Below are positions 52,582 through 63,198 of a stretch of 64,000 bases of DNA, one piece after another. A model generated the notes under the pieces. That model worked only from the letters and a program-made list of their open reading frames with translations. It ran no database searches and had not been told where the DNA came from. The stretch's first letter is position 1; each line of letters opens with the position of its first letter. The position numbers and the translations under genes were made by a program. Origin of the DNA: an uncultured Desulfatitalea sp. (GTDB lineage: Bacteria; Desulfobacterota; Desulfobacteria; Desulfobacterales; Desulfosarcinaceae); the NCBI GenBank assembly GCA_963668675.2, contig CAXXMB010000001.1, positions 1,088,001 to 1,152,000 of the forward strand, in the 5' to 3' direction.

Positions 52582-53049
52582 CTACTTTTCGGGAATCGGA
52601 TAGATAGCGCCATCCAGGCGCATCGCATAGTGCCCGCCATCGTACTCGATCCGACTGGCGAGCTTGAGCAACACCCGATCGGTAAACTTGATGCGATCCT
52701 CCCCTCTCTGGACATAAAGGTCATCTGCCCGGATAAAAAGATCCCCGGGCACCAAAATCAACCGCTCCCTGGTGTTTAAAAGCATGTCGATGGGCGGCTC
52801 CAGGGTCGCATCGATCACGAACAGAGGCGTATCTTCATAAAGAAAATAGACCTTTTCGCGCACCTGCTCCCTAATCTGCTCGACGAAGTAGCCATGCTCG
52901 TCTCTCCTGATCGAGGCATTAAAATAGTCGATGAGCCGTTTGTGTCGAAATCGGCCGCCTTCGTTGCACCAGTGGCCGAAGCGATCCATCCAGAATACCG
53001 CCCGCTCGGGTGGGATGATGACCTCCTCCAACTCCAGCTCCGGTTTCAT
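52582..53049 (-). CDS. Conserved hypothetical protein
   Basis: 155-aa ORF with SD; W...G..F.H...F...I..D..GY...EDTPLFV pattern. Confidence 0.7.
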   Translation of the reverse strand: MKPELELEEVIIPPERAVFWMDRFGHWCNEGGRFRHKRLIDYFNASIRRDEHGYFVEQIREQVREKVYFLYEDTPLFVIDATLEPPIDMLLNTRERLILVPGDLFIRADDLYVQRGEDRIKFTDRVLLKLASRIEYDGGHYAMRLDGAIYPIPEK

Positions 53050-53279
53050 ATCGATCCCCCTATGATATCAGCACATATAATACTTGGCGCCGGTCACCGA
53101 AAAAGAACGGCCATGGAGCACGCGTCCCGTTTCGATAACAACATCAGTGCCATCCGGATGCTTTATCACACAGTGAGTGCTGGCAACAAGAAGTAACGGG
53201 AATTTAACAACATTCTTCGACTTCAGATGACAATCCGCTTGACAATTTCTGCCCGTCAACCTATTGGTTTTAGTTTATT

Positions 53280-53371
53280 GCTCAAAAGCAACTAACGGGT
53301 TTTGCAACATCTACATGCGAAGGTGTAAACCACCCAATGGACTCGACGGTGCTTAAACCCGAAAGTTGAGT
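53280..53371 (+). promoter_or_regulatory. Candidate structured 5' leader of asd
   Basis: CAACT/AGTTG, CGGGTTT/AAACCCG, GCA/TGC enclose ACATCT/AGGTGT and CCA/TGG; TTGACA at 53239. Confidence 0.35.
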
Positions 53372-53393
53372 TCAGATATTAAGGAGAGGTACC

Positions 53394-54512
53394 ATGCTAA
53401 CAGTAGGATTTGTCGGTTGGCGCGGAATGGTCGGTTCGGTGCTCATGCAGCGAATGACGAGTGAGAATGATTTCAAGGATTTTTCTTTTGTTTTCTTCTC
53501 AACCTCACAGGTCGGCCAGACAGCTCCCGACATCGGCCAGGCAACTGCAACAGTCGAAGATGCTAACGATGTAAAGCGCCTATTGGAGATGGATATTATC
53601 ATCTCATGCCAGGGGGGCGGTTATACCCAGTCGTGCTATTCTCGCCTGCGCCAAGAAGGTTGGAGCGGTTATTGGATCGATGCAGCCTCGACCCTGCGAA
53701 TGGAAAAAAGCAGCGTCATCATACTCGACCCGGTCAACCGTGACGTCATCAAAAAAGCACTCGTCGGGGGCACCAGAGAGTTTATCGGGGGCAATTGCAC
53801 CGTCTCTTTGATGCTGATGGCATTAGGGGGCCTTTTTTCCGAAGGTCTCGTCGAGTGGATGACCGCCATGACCTATCAAGCCGCATCCGGCGCAGGCGCC
53901 CAGAACATGCGTGAGTTGGTTAATCAAATCCACTTGATCGGTCAAAACGCATCTGGTTTGATATCCGATCCCGCTTCGTCCATCCTGGCGCTCGACCGAA
54001 ATGTGACCGAAACGGTGAGAGGTGCTGATTTCCCAATTGAGCACTTTGGGGCCCCTCTGGCCGCATGCTTGATCCCCTGGATAGACCGTCCCATGGACAA
54101 CGGCCAAACCCGCGAAGAGTGGAAGGGTGGCGCGGAGGCCAACAAAATATTGGGATATGGAGAAAATCCGGTACCCATAGACGGTCTTTGCGTTCGAATC
54201 GGCGCGATGAGATGCCACAGCCAGGCACTCACCATTAAACTGAACAGAGATGTCCCCCTGGATGAGGTCGAGTCTATCCTGGGAGAGCACAATCCCTGGG
54301 TTCGTGTCATCCCGAATGAGAAAGAGGCAACCCTTCGTGAACTGACGCCGGCCAAGGTGTCCGGTACGCTGGATGTGCCCGTGGGTCGTATTCGCAAATT
54401 GAAAATGGGCCCCCAATATCTCACCGCCTTTACGGTGGGTGATCAATTGCTTTGGGGAGCGGCTGAACCGCTGCGACGCATGCTCGGTATTCTGAAAGAA
54501 CACCTGGCTTAG
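53394..54512 (+). CDS. asd: Aspartate-semialdehyde dehydrogenase (E. coli-like type)
   Basis: [45 protein letters not shown]. Confidence 0.96.
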   Translation: MLTVGFVGWRGMVGSVLMQRMTSENDFKDFSFVFFSTSQVGQTAPDIGQATATVEDANDVKRLLEMDIIISCQGGGYTQSCYSRLRQEGWSGYWIDAASTLRMEKSSVIILDPVNRDVIKKALVGGTREFIGGNCTVSLMLMALGGLFSEGLVEWMTAMTYQAASGAGAQNMRELVNQIHLIGQNASGLISDPASSILALDRNVTETVRGADFPIEHFGAPLAACLIPWIDRPMDNGQTREEWKGGAEANKILGYGENPVPIDGLCVRIGAMRCHSQALTIKLNRDVPLDEVESILGEHNPWVRVIPNEKEATLRELTPAKVSGTLDVPVGRIRKLKMGPQYLTAFTVGDQLLWGAAEPLRRMLGILKEHLA

Positions 54513-54602
54513 AAGGAGAGACAAAGCAGGCAAGCATCCCAATCACCTCCTCTATTCATCGCAAAATAGAGCTCATCACCAAGTACAACGGAGCGACAGC
54601 AG

Positions 54603-54809
54603 ATGATTGAAGATGAGAGCAACGACACGCATGAGGAAGAGAGCGGAAAACCCCGTGTGATTGCGGACTACGGTGGGAGAAGAAAAATTCTGGATCGCAG
54701 GACAACCCGAATCCCAATCGAACACCCTGAGAGGCGCTCAGGAAAAGAGAGGCGCTCCGGTTTTGATCGCCGTAGCGCCTTCAACAATCGATCAAAGAAA
54801 AAACCGTAA
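54603..54809 (+). CDS. Small Arg-rich protein with (D/E)RR repeats
   Basis: 68 aa, LDRR...ERRSGKERRSGFDRR; GGAG SD. Confidence 0.6.
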   Translation: MIEDESNDTHEEESGKPRVIADYGGRRKILDRRTTRIPIEHPERRSGKERRSGFDRRSAFNNRSKKKP

Positions 54810-54986
54810 CCCCTATCGATAGTTACGACCGCCCCCCTCTCATACCAAATCACTTTTGACTCCTGGTCGATATTGTGGTTTATAGGGGGATTTTAGATAA
54901 GCAGGGTGGAATTCTTTACGGGTTCGTTGCCAAGTTCATGCGAATTTTCCGTAATTGTTTAAAAATACCTGGAGCAAAGAAAAGCT

Positions 54987-55979
54987 ATGCCTTTTGCACA
55001 CATCATCGGTACAGGTTGCGCACTTCCCGAACGCGTTCTGACCAATCAAGATCTCGAACAATTTATCGATACGAGCGACGAGTGGATCACAAGACGGTCC
55101 GGCATTAAAGAGAGGCGCATTGCCAGTAAAGACCGTAATGAGACCACTTCACAACTGGGCCTGATGGCCGCACAGCGAGCGTTACAGACAGCCGATATCA
55201 GCGCCGATCAAATTGATACGATTATTGCCGCTACCGTGTCAGGAGATCGCCTGTTTCCATCGACCGCATGTTCAATCCAAAAGGAGTTGGCGGCCAACAA
55301 TGCAGCAGCCTATGACATCTCGGCAGGTTGCTCCGGTTTTGTATATGGGTTGGAACTGGGCAACAACAGTATCCGTGCAGGTGTTTCAAAAACGATCCTT
55401 CTCATTGGCACTGAACGCCTTTCGTCGGTATTGAACTGGCAGGATAGAAGCACATGTGTCCTCTTGGGAGATGGTGCCGGCGCGGTGGTGATTAGAAGCC
55501 TCGACGAACCAGGGGGAATATTATCGACGCACATTAAATCTGATGGCGGATACTGGGACCTGCTGTACGCAGAGGATGGCAACACCCCTCCCCCTGCTGC
55601 CCTCGAAGGGCTCTCCTGTCTGCCCCACCACCTCAAAATGGAGGGCAACAGACTCTTCAAGCAGGCCGTTCCCTCCATGGTCAAAATCGCCGAACAGGCC
55701 CTGGAGCACAACGGGCTGACCTGTGAAGAGATAGCATTAATGGTCCCCCATCAGGCCAACGTACGTATTTTGCAGGCAGTGGCCGAACGGCTTAAGATAC
55801 CGATTGAGAAGGTGTATACCAATCTCCACAAGTATGGCAACACATCGTCCGCCTCCATACCGATAGCAATGGACGAGGCCTACAGGGAGGGACGCATCAA
55901 AAAGGGCGATCGTGTTCTGCTTGTCGCATTTGGAGCCGGCCTCACCTGGGGTTCATCGATTATCGAGTGGAGCATCTGA
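54987..55979 (+). CDS. fabH: 3-oxoacyl-ACP synthase III
   Basis: AGCSGF, GDGAGA, PHQAN, GNTSSAS catalytic triad motifs. Confidence 0.95.
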   Translation: MPFAHIIGTGCALPERVLTNQDLEQFIDTSDEWITRRSGIKERRIASKDRNETTSQLGLMAAQRALQTADISADQIDTIIAATVSGDRLFPSTACSIQKELAANNAAAYDISAGCSGFVYGLELGNNSIRAGVSKTILLIGTERLSSVLNWQDRSTCVLLGDGAGAVVIRSLDEPGGILSTHIKSDGGYWDLLYAEDGNTPPPAALEGLSCLPHHLKMEGNRLFKQAVPSMVKIAEQALEHNGLTCEEIALMVPHQANVRILQAVAERLKIPIEKVYTNLHKYGNTSSASIPIAMDEAYREGRIKKGDRVLLVAFGAGLTWGSSIIEWSI

Positions 55980-56027
55980 GAGATACCATGCGCTATTGAA
56001 TACTCAACAATTCATCTGTGTCATTCG

Positions 56028-56537
56028 TCATTCGACCAATCCCAGGTGCTGCCAAAGGTCTTGAATTCCCAACCTCCTCAGACGCAGGCGTAAAAACTCC
56101 GATATGGTCGGTTGGATAGGCGCACGTTTAAGATACATGCCTGCCTCGGAAGGGGTGCGATTGCCTTTGCGGAGGTTACACGCACGGCAACAAGCAACGC
56201 AGTTTTCGAATGTGGTCGGTCCGCTTCTCGATCTGGGGACGATATGATCGATCGTCATCTTACCCTTTCGATCACCACAGTAGGAACAGGCAAACCCATC
56301 TCGTATGAGGACATTGCGCTTACTGAAAGGAACCCGGGAACGATACACGGCCCGGATCAACTTGATGAGCTTCAACACGGCAGGGATGCGCATGACCACT
56401 CCCTCGGCGCCATGAACAAGGTTTTCCGAGTAACGCAAAACTGTAACCTTGTTCTTTACCACCAGCCGCAATGCCCTCTTCCACTCCACCACATTCATGA
56501 AAGAGTAGTCTGCATTGAGTAATATGCATTGGGTCAT
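56028..56537 (-). CDS. Standalone HNH endonuclease
   Basis: LLNADY, RD...CSYCG, TIDHIVPRS, NCVACC..CN..KG.RTP. Confidence 0.88.
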   Translation of the reverse strand: MTQCILLNADYSFMNVVEWKRALRLVVKNKVTVLRYSENLVHGAEGVVMRIPAVLKLIKLIRAVYRSRVPFSKRNVLIRDGFACSYCGDRKGKMTIDHIVPRSRSGPTTFENCVACCRACNLRKGNRTPSEAGMYLKRAPIQPTISEFLRLRLRRLGIQDLWQHLGLVE

Positions 56538-56984
56538 TTGAACTGCTCTCACATCAAAGACGGTCTCTGTTTATCGGCATTTTGTTATGACAGCCCCGAC
56601 ATGTCAACTCTTTCCGGCGTCACTAACCTAAAACAAATATGCAGTGTCCGAACAGGCCCTTGATGTTTTTGCCCTTTACCATAAGCGTGAGAAACTCCTG
56701 AAAAACAGATTTTTCCAAGATTTTGTTCTCATTGCGATGACGAAAAGAAGCTCTCTTTGACAATTAACGGCATGTCGGTGGCCCGCAACGCTACTAGCAC
56801 ATGAATTTCCCTATATTTTCAAGATATTTTAGGCTTTTAAACCCTGGCATAAATAGTGCTAATGATAAAACAAAGATAGATAGGGCGGAAGAGACGAAGT
56901 GTCCATTTGCAATGCCCACGAATTGTCCGCCAATAGGACCCGGAAAAGATCAAGTCGCTGAAACTGGGTTGGGATATAGAATTA

Positions 56985-57350
56985 ATGATAGAGTTCAGAG
57001 GTACATATTGCCAGAAATCAAACGCCAAATCGGTGGTCGTTCTGGTTCAGTTCGATGGCGTGCTATTGCATGTATGGCACCAGTCGGACCCTTTTTATCG
57101 CATTCTATCTTGTGATGCGTTTCAGATCGCCACGTCTCTTATCAAAGGTCAACGCTGCATCAAGCTTTCAAATGGCGATCGAATATTGACCGACGATATC
57201 TCTGCCGCGAACTCACTTGCCGAGCACGATTCAAGGCTGGACAACGCCGCCTCATCTCTCTCCAAATCGACATGGGTGGTTGCCATGTTGAGCACCGCAT
57301 TGGTGATCCTCGCCATTTGGTGGTTTTCAAAATATGGTTTCCCGCTATAG
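56985..57350 (+). CDS. Hypothetical protein with C-terminal TM helix
   Basis: 121-aa ORF, beta-rich N-terminal part and hydrophobic C-terminus. Confidence 0.6.
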   Translation: MIEFRGTYCQKSNAKSVVVLVQFDGVLLHVWHQSDPFYRILSCDAFQIATSLIKGQRCIKLSNGDRILTDDISAANSLAEHDSRLDNAASSLSKSTWVVAMLSTALVILAIWWFSKYGFPL

Positions 57351-57366
57351 AAAACGATTTTCGAAG

Positions 57367-58512
57367 CTATTGCCCGGATAGGCTATTGCGGATATTTTCG
57401 TGCATCTCGTTGAGTCGGTTGGTGTCGCCCATGTGGGCCTCTATCCACTTTACGGGTACGCCATATTGTCTGGCCAGCGCCGCTGTCGCCTCCTGGTAGG
57501 TATTGAATCGGTGCCCGGGGGTAGCCCAGTACCTTCTCTCTCGACGGGGGTCATAGAAATGGATGTCATCGGGTATGTTCAGTGGCTTCCAGTTTGTATT
57601 GCCCTTAACAACCATTGGCTTTTCCGATAACGCTTTGACAGCTTTGGCAAGATTTTCATGAATATCTCTAAGGAGATTGGTTTTGCCCATATGGACTGAA
57701 ATCCATGCAACGGGTTGGCCATACTGTTCTGACAGATCCGCCAACGCTTCATCGCGGGTGCGAAAAAAGCGCTTTTCATTCGTCTGAAAGGCCAAGGGTC
57801 TTCGGGCATCGTGAAAAACGGTAGCTGCAGATGCGGGGGCCTCATCCGATTGATTCATTTGGTCAGCATCCGAATCGTATGCCGCCATCAGCCGTGAGTG
57901 GATAATCCCCAAATCGTTCTCTTCCCCCATGTTTGCTTCGACCCACTCGGCTGGCTTGCCATAAAGCTTAGCCATGGCCTGGAGAGCCCCTTTCAAAGTG
58001 GTATGATGCGAATTGTGAAATGCCCAATAGCGCTTTGGACGACGGGGATCATAGAAGCTTGTGTTCCTGTTCTTCGCGATCATACTACGGTCTATCTGGA
58101 TCTTAGACGCAACCCTGGATTTTACCGGGGGCGAGTTTTCAAGCGGTGGCTTGGTTATCGATTCATTTTCGGATTCGGGGTTCCTGAATGGGGGTACCTT
58201 CCCTGGCACTCTTATGCCTGTAAACGCGGTTTTTATTTCAACATCGCCCTCTTTTTTCAAAGGCTTTGTATCGTCGGGCGTTTCAGGGGACTCTTTTTCT
58301 ACGCGCGCCACAATCTCTTTGGCGTAGCGCACCTCCACCGCTTTGGTACCCTTCAGAATGAAGTGGACATACTTCTCGGACTCCCAGATATGTTCGGAGA
58401 CCTCAATAGTGCCGTCTTTGAGCACAATGCGGTCAGAGAGGACATGGCCGGGAATCAGCACGGCCAAAAGTGTCCAGAGAAGTAAATTCGCCCTGTGAAG
58501 ATGATTGCGCAT
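57367..58512 (-). CDS. Exported protein with three copies of an unrecognised 56-aa repeat
   Basis: Signal peptide, D.I.LKDG N-terminal module, repeats starting at 58056, 57816 and 57558. Confidence 0.75.
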   Translation of the reverse strand: MRNHLHRANLLLWTLLAVLIPGHVLSDRIVLKDGTIEVSEHIWESEKYVHFILKGTKAVEVRYAKEIVARVEKESPETPDDTKPLKKEGDVEIKTAFTGIRVPGKVPPFRNPESENESITKPPLENSPPVKSRVASKIQIDRSMIAKNRNTSFYDPRRPKRYWAFHNSHHTTLKGALQAMAKLYGKPAEWVEANMGEENDLGIIHSRLMAAYDSDADQMNQSDEAPASAATVFHDARRPLAFQTNEKRFFRTRDEALADLSEQYGQPVAWISVHMGKTNLLRDIHENLAKAVKALSEKPMVVKGNTNWKPLNIPDDIHFYDPRRERRYWATPGHRFNTYQEATAALARQYGVPVKWIEAHMGDTNRLNEMHENIRNSLSGQ

Positions 58513-58537
58513 ATCAGCTAGGATCGGAAGAAGAAAG

Positions 58538-60292
58538 CTAATTCGTCGATGGTTCGCTTTGTGGGAATTCGATTTCAACCCGACGATTTTGCCTTCTGCC
58601 TTCTGCAGTTTCATTTGAAGCTATGGGATTAGAGGAGCCCATTGCAAATATGACAATATTCTCAGCCGACGCCCCCTTGCCGACGAGGTATGATTTGACG
58701 GCGCTGGCGCGAAAACGCGACACAGTCTCATTATAGCCGGCCGATCCGCTCGCATCCGTATATCCTCGAATATAAACCACTTTATTAGTCTGTTGCGCAA
58801 GGTGCGCGGCAATACGATTTAAAATTTCATAGGATTTCGGCTCAATTTCATTGGAATTGAGGGTGAAGTGAATCATGATATTCTCTTTCATGAGCGGCAG
58901 GGGGGCGATCTCCCCCATGCTTTGCCGGCCCTCGATCGATGTGTCATTCACACCTTGCGGGTCTATTGCGGTGTTTTTTGACGCTTTTTGGGATTCGGCC
59001 TTTACGGTTGATTCCATGGTCTGACTTTTAACTGTGCCGCTCTTGGCTATGATGGTTTTCCGACCATCGGATGCGGAGACTCTCTTCTCCTCCATCTCCT
59101 CTTCTATCGACTCCCCACGCTCTATGCGCTGACTCAACCTTGCTTTTTCGTTTTCCAGGCTTGTTTTGTATTTTTGGGGCGTTAAATCCTCAGCATCGTA
59201 TCGCGGGCGCTCTTCGCTGGTAATCTGGGTAATCGCATACCCGCCCACGGCCACCAGCATGATAATGATGCAGGCGTAAAAAAGTTTCCAAAGTGGTGAA
59301 CGGCCATGGACGCCTTCGGCTGGCTTGACATCGGTAGTGCCAGCAGTGCCAGTGCTTCCGATGCTGTCTGTCGACGTCTCCAGAAGCGGCCCTTTTGCGG
59401 CTTCTCCGGCTTGTTTGGATGCAGCATCAGCGATCGATTTGGAATCGGTCCCTTGCACCGTCGCCACAACGCCTTTTATGCCCGACTTGATCGGGATGCG
59501 TAACTCCTGCGCGCACTCCTTGATGATGCCTGCGTCTATGGTGTGGGTGTTTCTGGCATAGCCGGTCAGCAGTGCATGATCGCAAAGGATGTTAATCAGT
59601 CTCGGAATGCCGCCTGAAAACTGGTAGATCTCTTTTATGGCCGATGTATCGAAGAGTTTCCGGGTCGTGCCGGCCACGCTTAACCGGTGTGTTATATATT
59701 GACCCAACTCATCTTGATCCAGAGGCAGTATATGATAGCGCACCGTGATACGCTGGGCGAGTGCTCTGTTCTGCGGAGCCGACAAAATGGTATTGAACTC
59801 CTGCTGGCCCACAAAAAAGATGTTGATCAACTTGCGGTCATGCAGCTCGATATTCGACAGGACCCGAATATCCTCCATCAGCCGATGGTTCAGCCGTTGA
59901 CTCTCATCGATAACCAGCAGCACCTGCTTGTTTTCAGCGTAACTCTGGTGCAAAAAATCACGCAGATGAATCAAAAACGCACCTTTGCTATCAAATGTGC
60001 GGTTCATCTTGAGACCATCTGCGAGGATGTTGTAAAAATCCATGCTCGTGAGATCGGGGTCCGGCAGGGTCGCCACAGCTGTATCCATATCCAGCATGGT
60101 AATCAACCGGTTGATCAACAGTGTCTTACCTGTTCCCACCTCACCGGTAAGCAGTAAAAACCCACGATTGTCGAGGATGCCATAACGAAGGGTGGCCAGG
60201 GCCTCTTTGTGCTTTTCACCAAGCCACAGGAATTTAGGGTCGGCGGTAATCTGAAATGGCTTGGTTTCTATTTTGTAGTGTTCCAGATACAT
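58538..60292 (-). CDS. ExeA/GspA-like AAA ATPase with TM helix and C-terminal OmpA peptidoglycan-binding domain
   Basis: GEVGTGKT, VIDESQ, GQ.E, SGGIPRLINILCD; OmpA GYTD.SG...N...RA...NRRVEI. Confidence 0.88.
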   Translation of the reverse strand: MYLEHYKIETKPFQITADPKFLWLGEKHKEALATLRYGILDNRGFLLLTGEVGTGKTLLINRLITMLDMDTAVATLPDPDLTSMDFYNILADGLKMNRTFDSKGAFLIHLRDFLHQSYAENKQVLLVIDESQRLNHRLMEDIRVLSNIELHDRKLINIFFVGQQEFNTILSAPQNRALAQRITVRYHILPLDQDELGQYITHRLSVAGTTRKLFDTSAIKEIYQFSGGIPRLINILCDHALLTGYARNTHTIDAGIIKECAQELRIPIKSGIKGVVATVQGTDSKSIADAASKQAGEAAKGPLLETSTDSIGSTGTAGTTDVKPAEGVHGRSPLWKLFYACIIIMLVAVGGYAITQITSEERPRYDAEDLTPQKYKTSLENEKARLSQRIERGESIEEEMEEKRVSASDGRKTIIAKSGTVKSQTMESTVKAESQKASKNTAIDPQGVNDTSIEGRQSMGEIAPLPLMKENIMIHFTLNSNEIEPKSYEILNRIAAHLAQQTNKVVYIRGYTDASGSAGYNETVSRFRASAVKSYLVGKGASAENIVIFAMGSSNPIASNETAEGRRQNRRVEIEFPQSEPSTN

Positions 60293-60428
60293 GTCAGGTC
60301 CGTTTGTTTTGTATTGAAGTGGGACTTAAGCGCAACTCTCTGCCTCGTCACTCTATGTTCGGAGTATTCGCAGTGAAGTGACGTCCAATAACCCCGATGT
60401 TTAGCTTGGACATGCGGACAAATGCGCT

Positions 60429-61028
60429 TTAATCGATGTCCGTTTTTTTAAAGATGATGCCGCGGCTGTAGTAGAGATAGAGAATGATCCAAAAAATAAC
60501 AAACAGAACGATGTAGGCCGTCCGTTGCCGAACCAGTTTTTTCTGTTTCTTCTCAATCAAATTAGCCGAATTCTTCAATTCGCGTTTCACCACTTCCAAC
60601 TCATCCATCAGGCTTTTCACATCGGATTTTTCAGTATAGCCCATCATGCGTTTGAGCTGGGTTTCAAAACTTCGCACATTATAGGCGTCGAACAGCATGC
60701 GCTGCTTCTCTGTCAGGCTGGAGAGATCGTGCACCTCCTTGGCCAGCTCAATGGCGTAAAACCTGCGGAATGGGTTCTTGTCCGGGACCTCTCCAAGTTG
60801 GGCCAGGCGCTGGGCAATACCACCTTCCAGTTCCGAGTTGATCTGTGCAATCAACCCATCGCTGTTTTTTATCTCAGTATTGTTTTTCAACAAATCTTCA
60901 CCGGATAAGGATGATATGAAAAAGATGAGCGCAATGGCCGTCAAACAACTGGCCACGATTCGAAAGAGCACGAAAATTTCACGTTTAACCAGAAAGATCA
61001 TATCGTTTTCCTTTATATAAAGCCGCAC
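60429..61028 (-). CDS. Hypothetical membrane protein (two TM helices flanking a helical domain)
   Basis: Hydrophobic segments at both ends and a coiled-coil middle. Confidence 0.65.
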   Translation of the reverse strand: MRLYIKENDMIFLVKREIFVLFRIVASCLTAIALIFFISSLSGEDLLKNNTEIKNSDGLIAQINSELEGGIAQRLAQLGEVPDKNPFRRFYAIELAKEVHDLSSLTEKQRMLFDAYNVRSFETQLKRMMGYTEKSDVKSLMDELEVVKRELKNSANLIEKKQKKLVRQRTAYIVLFVIFWIILYLYYSRGIIFKKTDID

Positions 61029-61257
61029 ATCGTTTAAGCGCTAATCGTCGGAACTCCCATCAGCCACAGTTGGTGAATCATCATCGACCACACGACTTCT
61101 AACGGCTAACCTATTTATATTACAGTATGAAATTATTTTATGGTGGTAACCTACTTTATCTGAATTGTCAACATAACCACTGATGCAGCCATAAACCAGC
61201 TCAATTCAACACCCCGGCAAAAATGATATGCGCTTACACGGTTCCCCCAACGGCCGC

Positions 61258-62013
61258 TTATCGCATATGTCGCTCCCTTTTAATCATTTCATAGGCATCT
61301 TGAATCTCTCGAAATTTTTCATGAGCCAACTGATTGAACTCTTCAGGCAGCCCCTTGCTGGCGATCTTGTCCGGGTGATAATCCTGGACGAGTTTTCGAT
61401 AGCGACGCTTAACGACTTCATCACTGTCATCCGGTTGACAACCGAGCACCTCATAGCCGGCACTGCTGAATCCTGCATAGGCGGCTCGCAACTGTCCGTA
61501 ACGCTGCTCACTCAATCCAAATATCCGGACCGCACTTCGAATTAACGCCTCTTCCGAGCTGTTGAGCTCACCATCGGCCACACCGACCCTCAACAGTATG
61601 TCGATCATCATTTCAATGAGTTGTGGCTGACTTTGGAAATGTTGATAAAATTGTATGGCGAAATCATCAAAACTGGCTGGTGATTCCAGTGCCGCTCGAA
61701 AAATATTCAGAGCCACCTGCTTATCCTGGGGGGAGAGGCGCAGGTCACGAACTGCAAACCCTTCAATGGTATCCATTTCTTCATGGCTGACACGCCCGTC
61801 GGCCTGGGTCAATTTTGCCAGCATGGAGAAAGCGCTAACAAAAAAAGCCAGCTGGGACGCATCAATTCTTGAAAAATGGGCGCCCGGGTTCTCTTGCAGG
61901 TCCGTGCTGCTGCTGTCAAAGGCGTGGCCGAAAACCGCACCGGCGATGGCTCCCAAAGGACCTCCCAGTGCAAATCCGATTGTGCCGCCAACAATTTTGC
62001 CGGCAATTCCCAT
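61258..62013 (-). CDS. djlA: Co-chaperone DjlA (TM, TerB-like, J-domain)
   Basis: Gly-rich TM GGPLGA..GHAFD, ADGRVS..E, C-terminal J-domain YHPDK. Confidence 0.9.
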   Translation of the reverse strand: MGIAGKIVGGTIGFALGGPLGAIAGAVFGHAFDSSSTDLQENPGAHFSRIDASQLAFFVSAFSMLAKLTQADGRVSHEEMDTIEGFAVRDLRLSPQDKQVALNIFRAALESPASFDDFAIQFYQHFQSQPQLIEMMIDILLRVGVADGELNSSEEALIRSAVRIFGLSEQRYGQLRAAYAGFSSAGYEVLGCQPDDSDEVVKRRYRKLVQDYHPDKIASKGLPEEFNQLAHEKFREIQDAYEMIKRERHMR

Positions 62014-62253
62014 ATCGATCTCCAGGCTTTCTCCAAGAGTGATGCATTAATCCTCTTTTGTACCATATTTCATTGGCATTGATAAAGCGTTAAGCACTGG
62101 CCAGCTCTGGATTCACTCTATTGGAGACCGAACGAGGCCCAAAGGAGTGATGCCCTACAATTTATTCCTTGATAAACATTCAATTCATCGGTATTATTGA
62201 CAAATTAATTTTAATGCGGCCCACTGCGCCTAACCGGCTTGAAAGGGGAACCA

Positions 62254-63036
62254 ATGTTTACATGGTGGCAAAGTTTGGATTCCGTGGCTGTCTTCAATAG
62301 TTGGATGCAATTGGTAGCCATGATAGGCGCCGCCCTTACGACCATCAGTCTTCTGCTGCTCTGGATCAACGGCAACCGAATGACACGATATCTGATTGAC
62401 CGGGAAAAGAGTGCCAGCAGCAAGATCAAGAACGTTGAAAAAGCAGCCGAACAGATTCGCAAGGAGCTTCTGGCGACTCAACAGAACCAGGATATTGCCG
62501 ACCAGAAAAGACGCCTCGCCGAAATGGACGCCGGCTCGCTGCGAAAAGAGATGGAAAAGATCAGAAGCCGCTACGCGAATGTGGAGGGTGCCTTAAAGGA
62601 TCGAATCAGTGAGCTCAAGGATATGAACATCACCCAAAGCGGCACGACCACACAAAATACCGCAGTCGTTCAGCAATCGGGTTTTATGGATGCCCAACAA
62701 AAAAAGATGCTCAGCAAGCTGCTCAGTTCCGGGCCAAAAGGGGAGCTGGATATTATTTCGGTGTTAGAAGATGCGAGCTCCCATGAAACGGCGATAGAAT
62801 TCAAAGAGATATTTGAAGATCAAGGGTGGTCCACCTCGGAAATCGTGCAGAGCGCTTTCACTCATCCTCCGGAAGGGTTTGTTCTGGTTATACACAGCAA
62901 GCAAACCGCTCCTTCCTATGCCAAATTTCTTCAGCGCACACTGACGACCATCGGGCTTCCCGTATCAGCCCAAGTAAACACAAAGTATCCTGAATGGTCC
63001 ATCTCGCTGATTGTCGGCCAAGTCGATCAGGGATAG
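62254..63036 (+). CDS. Hypothetical bitopic protein (TM, coiled coil, globular C-terminal domain)
   Basis: AGGGG SD before MFTWW; single TM and long heptad region. Confidence 0.7.
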   Translation: MFTWWQSLDSVAVFNSWMQLVAMIGAALTTISLLLLWINGNRMTRYLIDREKSASSKIKNVEKAAEQIRKELLATQQNQDIADQKRRLAEMDAGSLRKEMEKIRSRYANVEGALKDRISELKDMNITQSGTTTQNTAVVQQSGFMDAQQKKMLSKLLSSGPKGELDIISVLEDASSHETAIEFKEIFEDQGWSTSEIVQSAFTHPPEGFVLVIHSKQTAPSYAKFLQRTLTTIGLPVSAQVNTKYPEWSISLIVGQVDQG

Positions 63037-63198
63037 ATCCTGAGCGAGCAGTTAACATAGCAAGCCACACCAACAGAACACGTCGATAGAATGGAAAAAG
63101 ATACCTTTCATAAAAATCAACGACTGACAAGCGCACAGCCGCAAAGCGTGTGCCAATGCGGGGGCTGAATGACACGTCCAATTCATACCATAAAGTAT

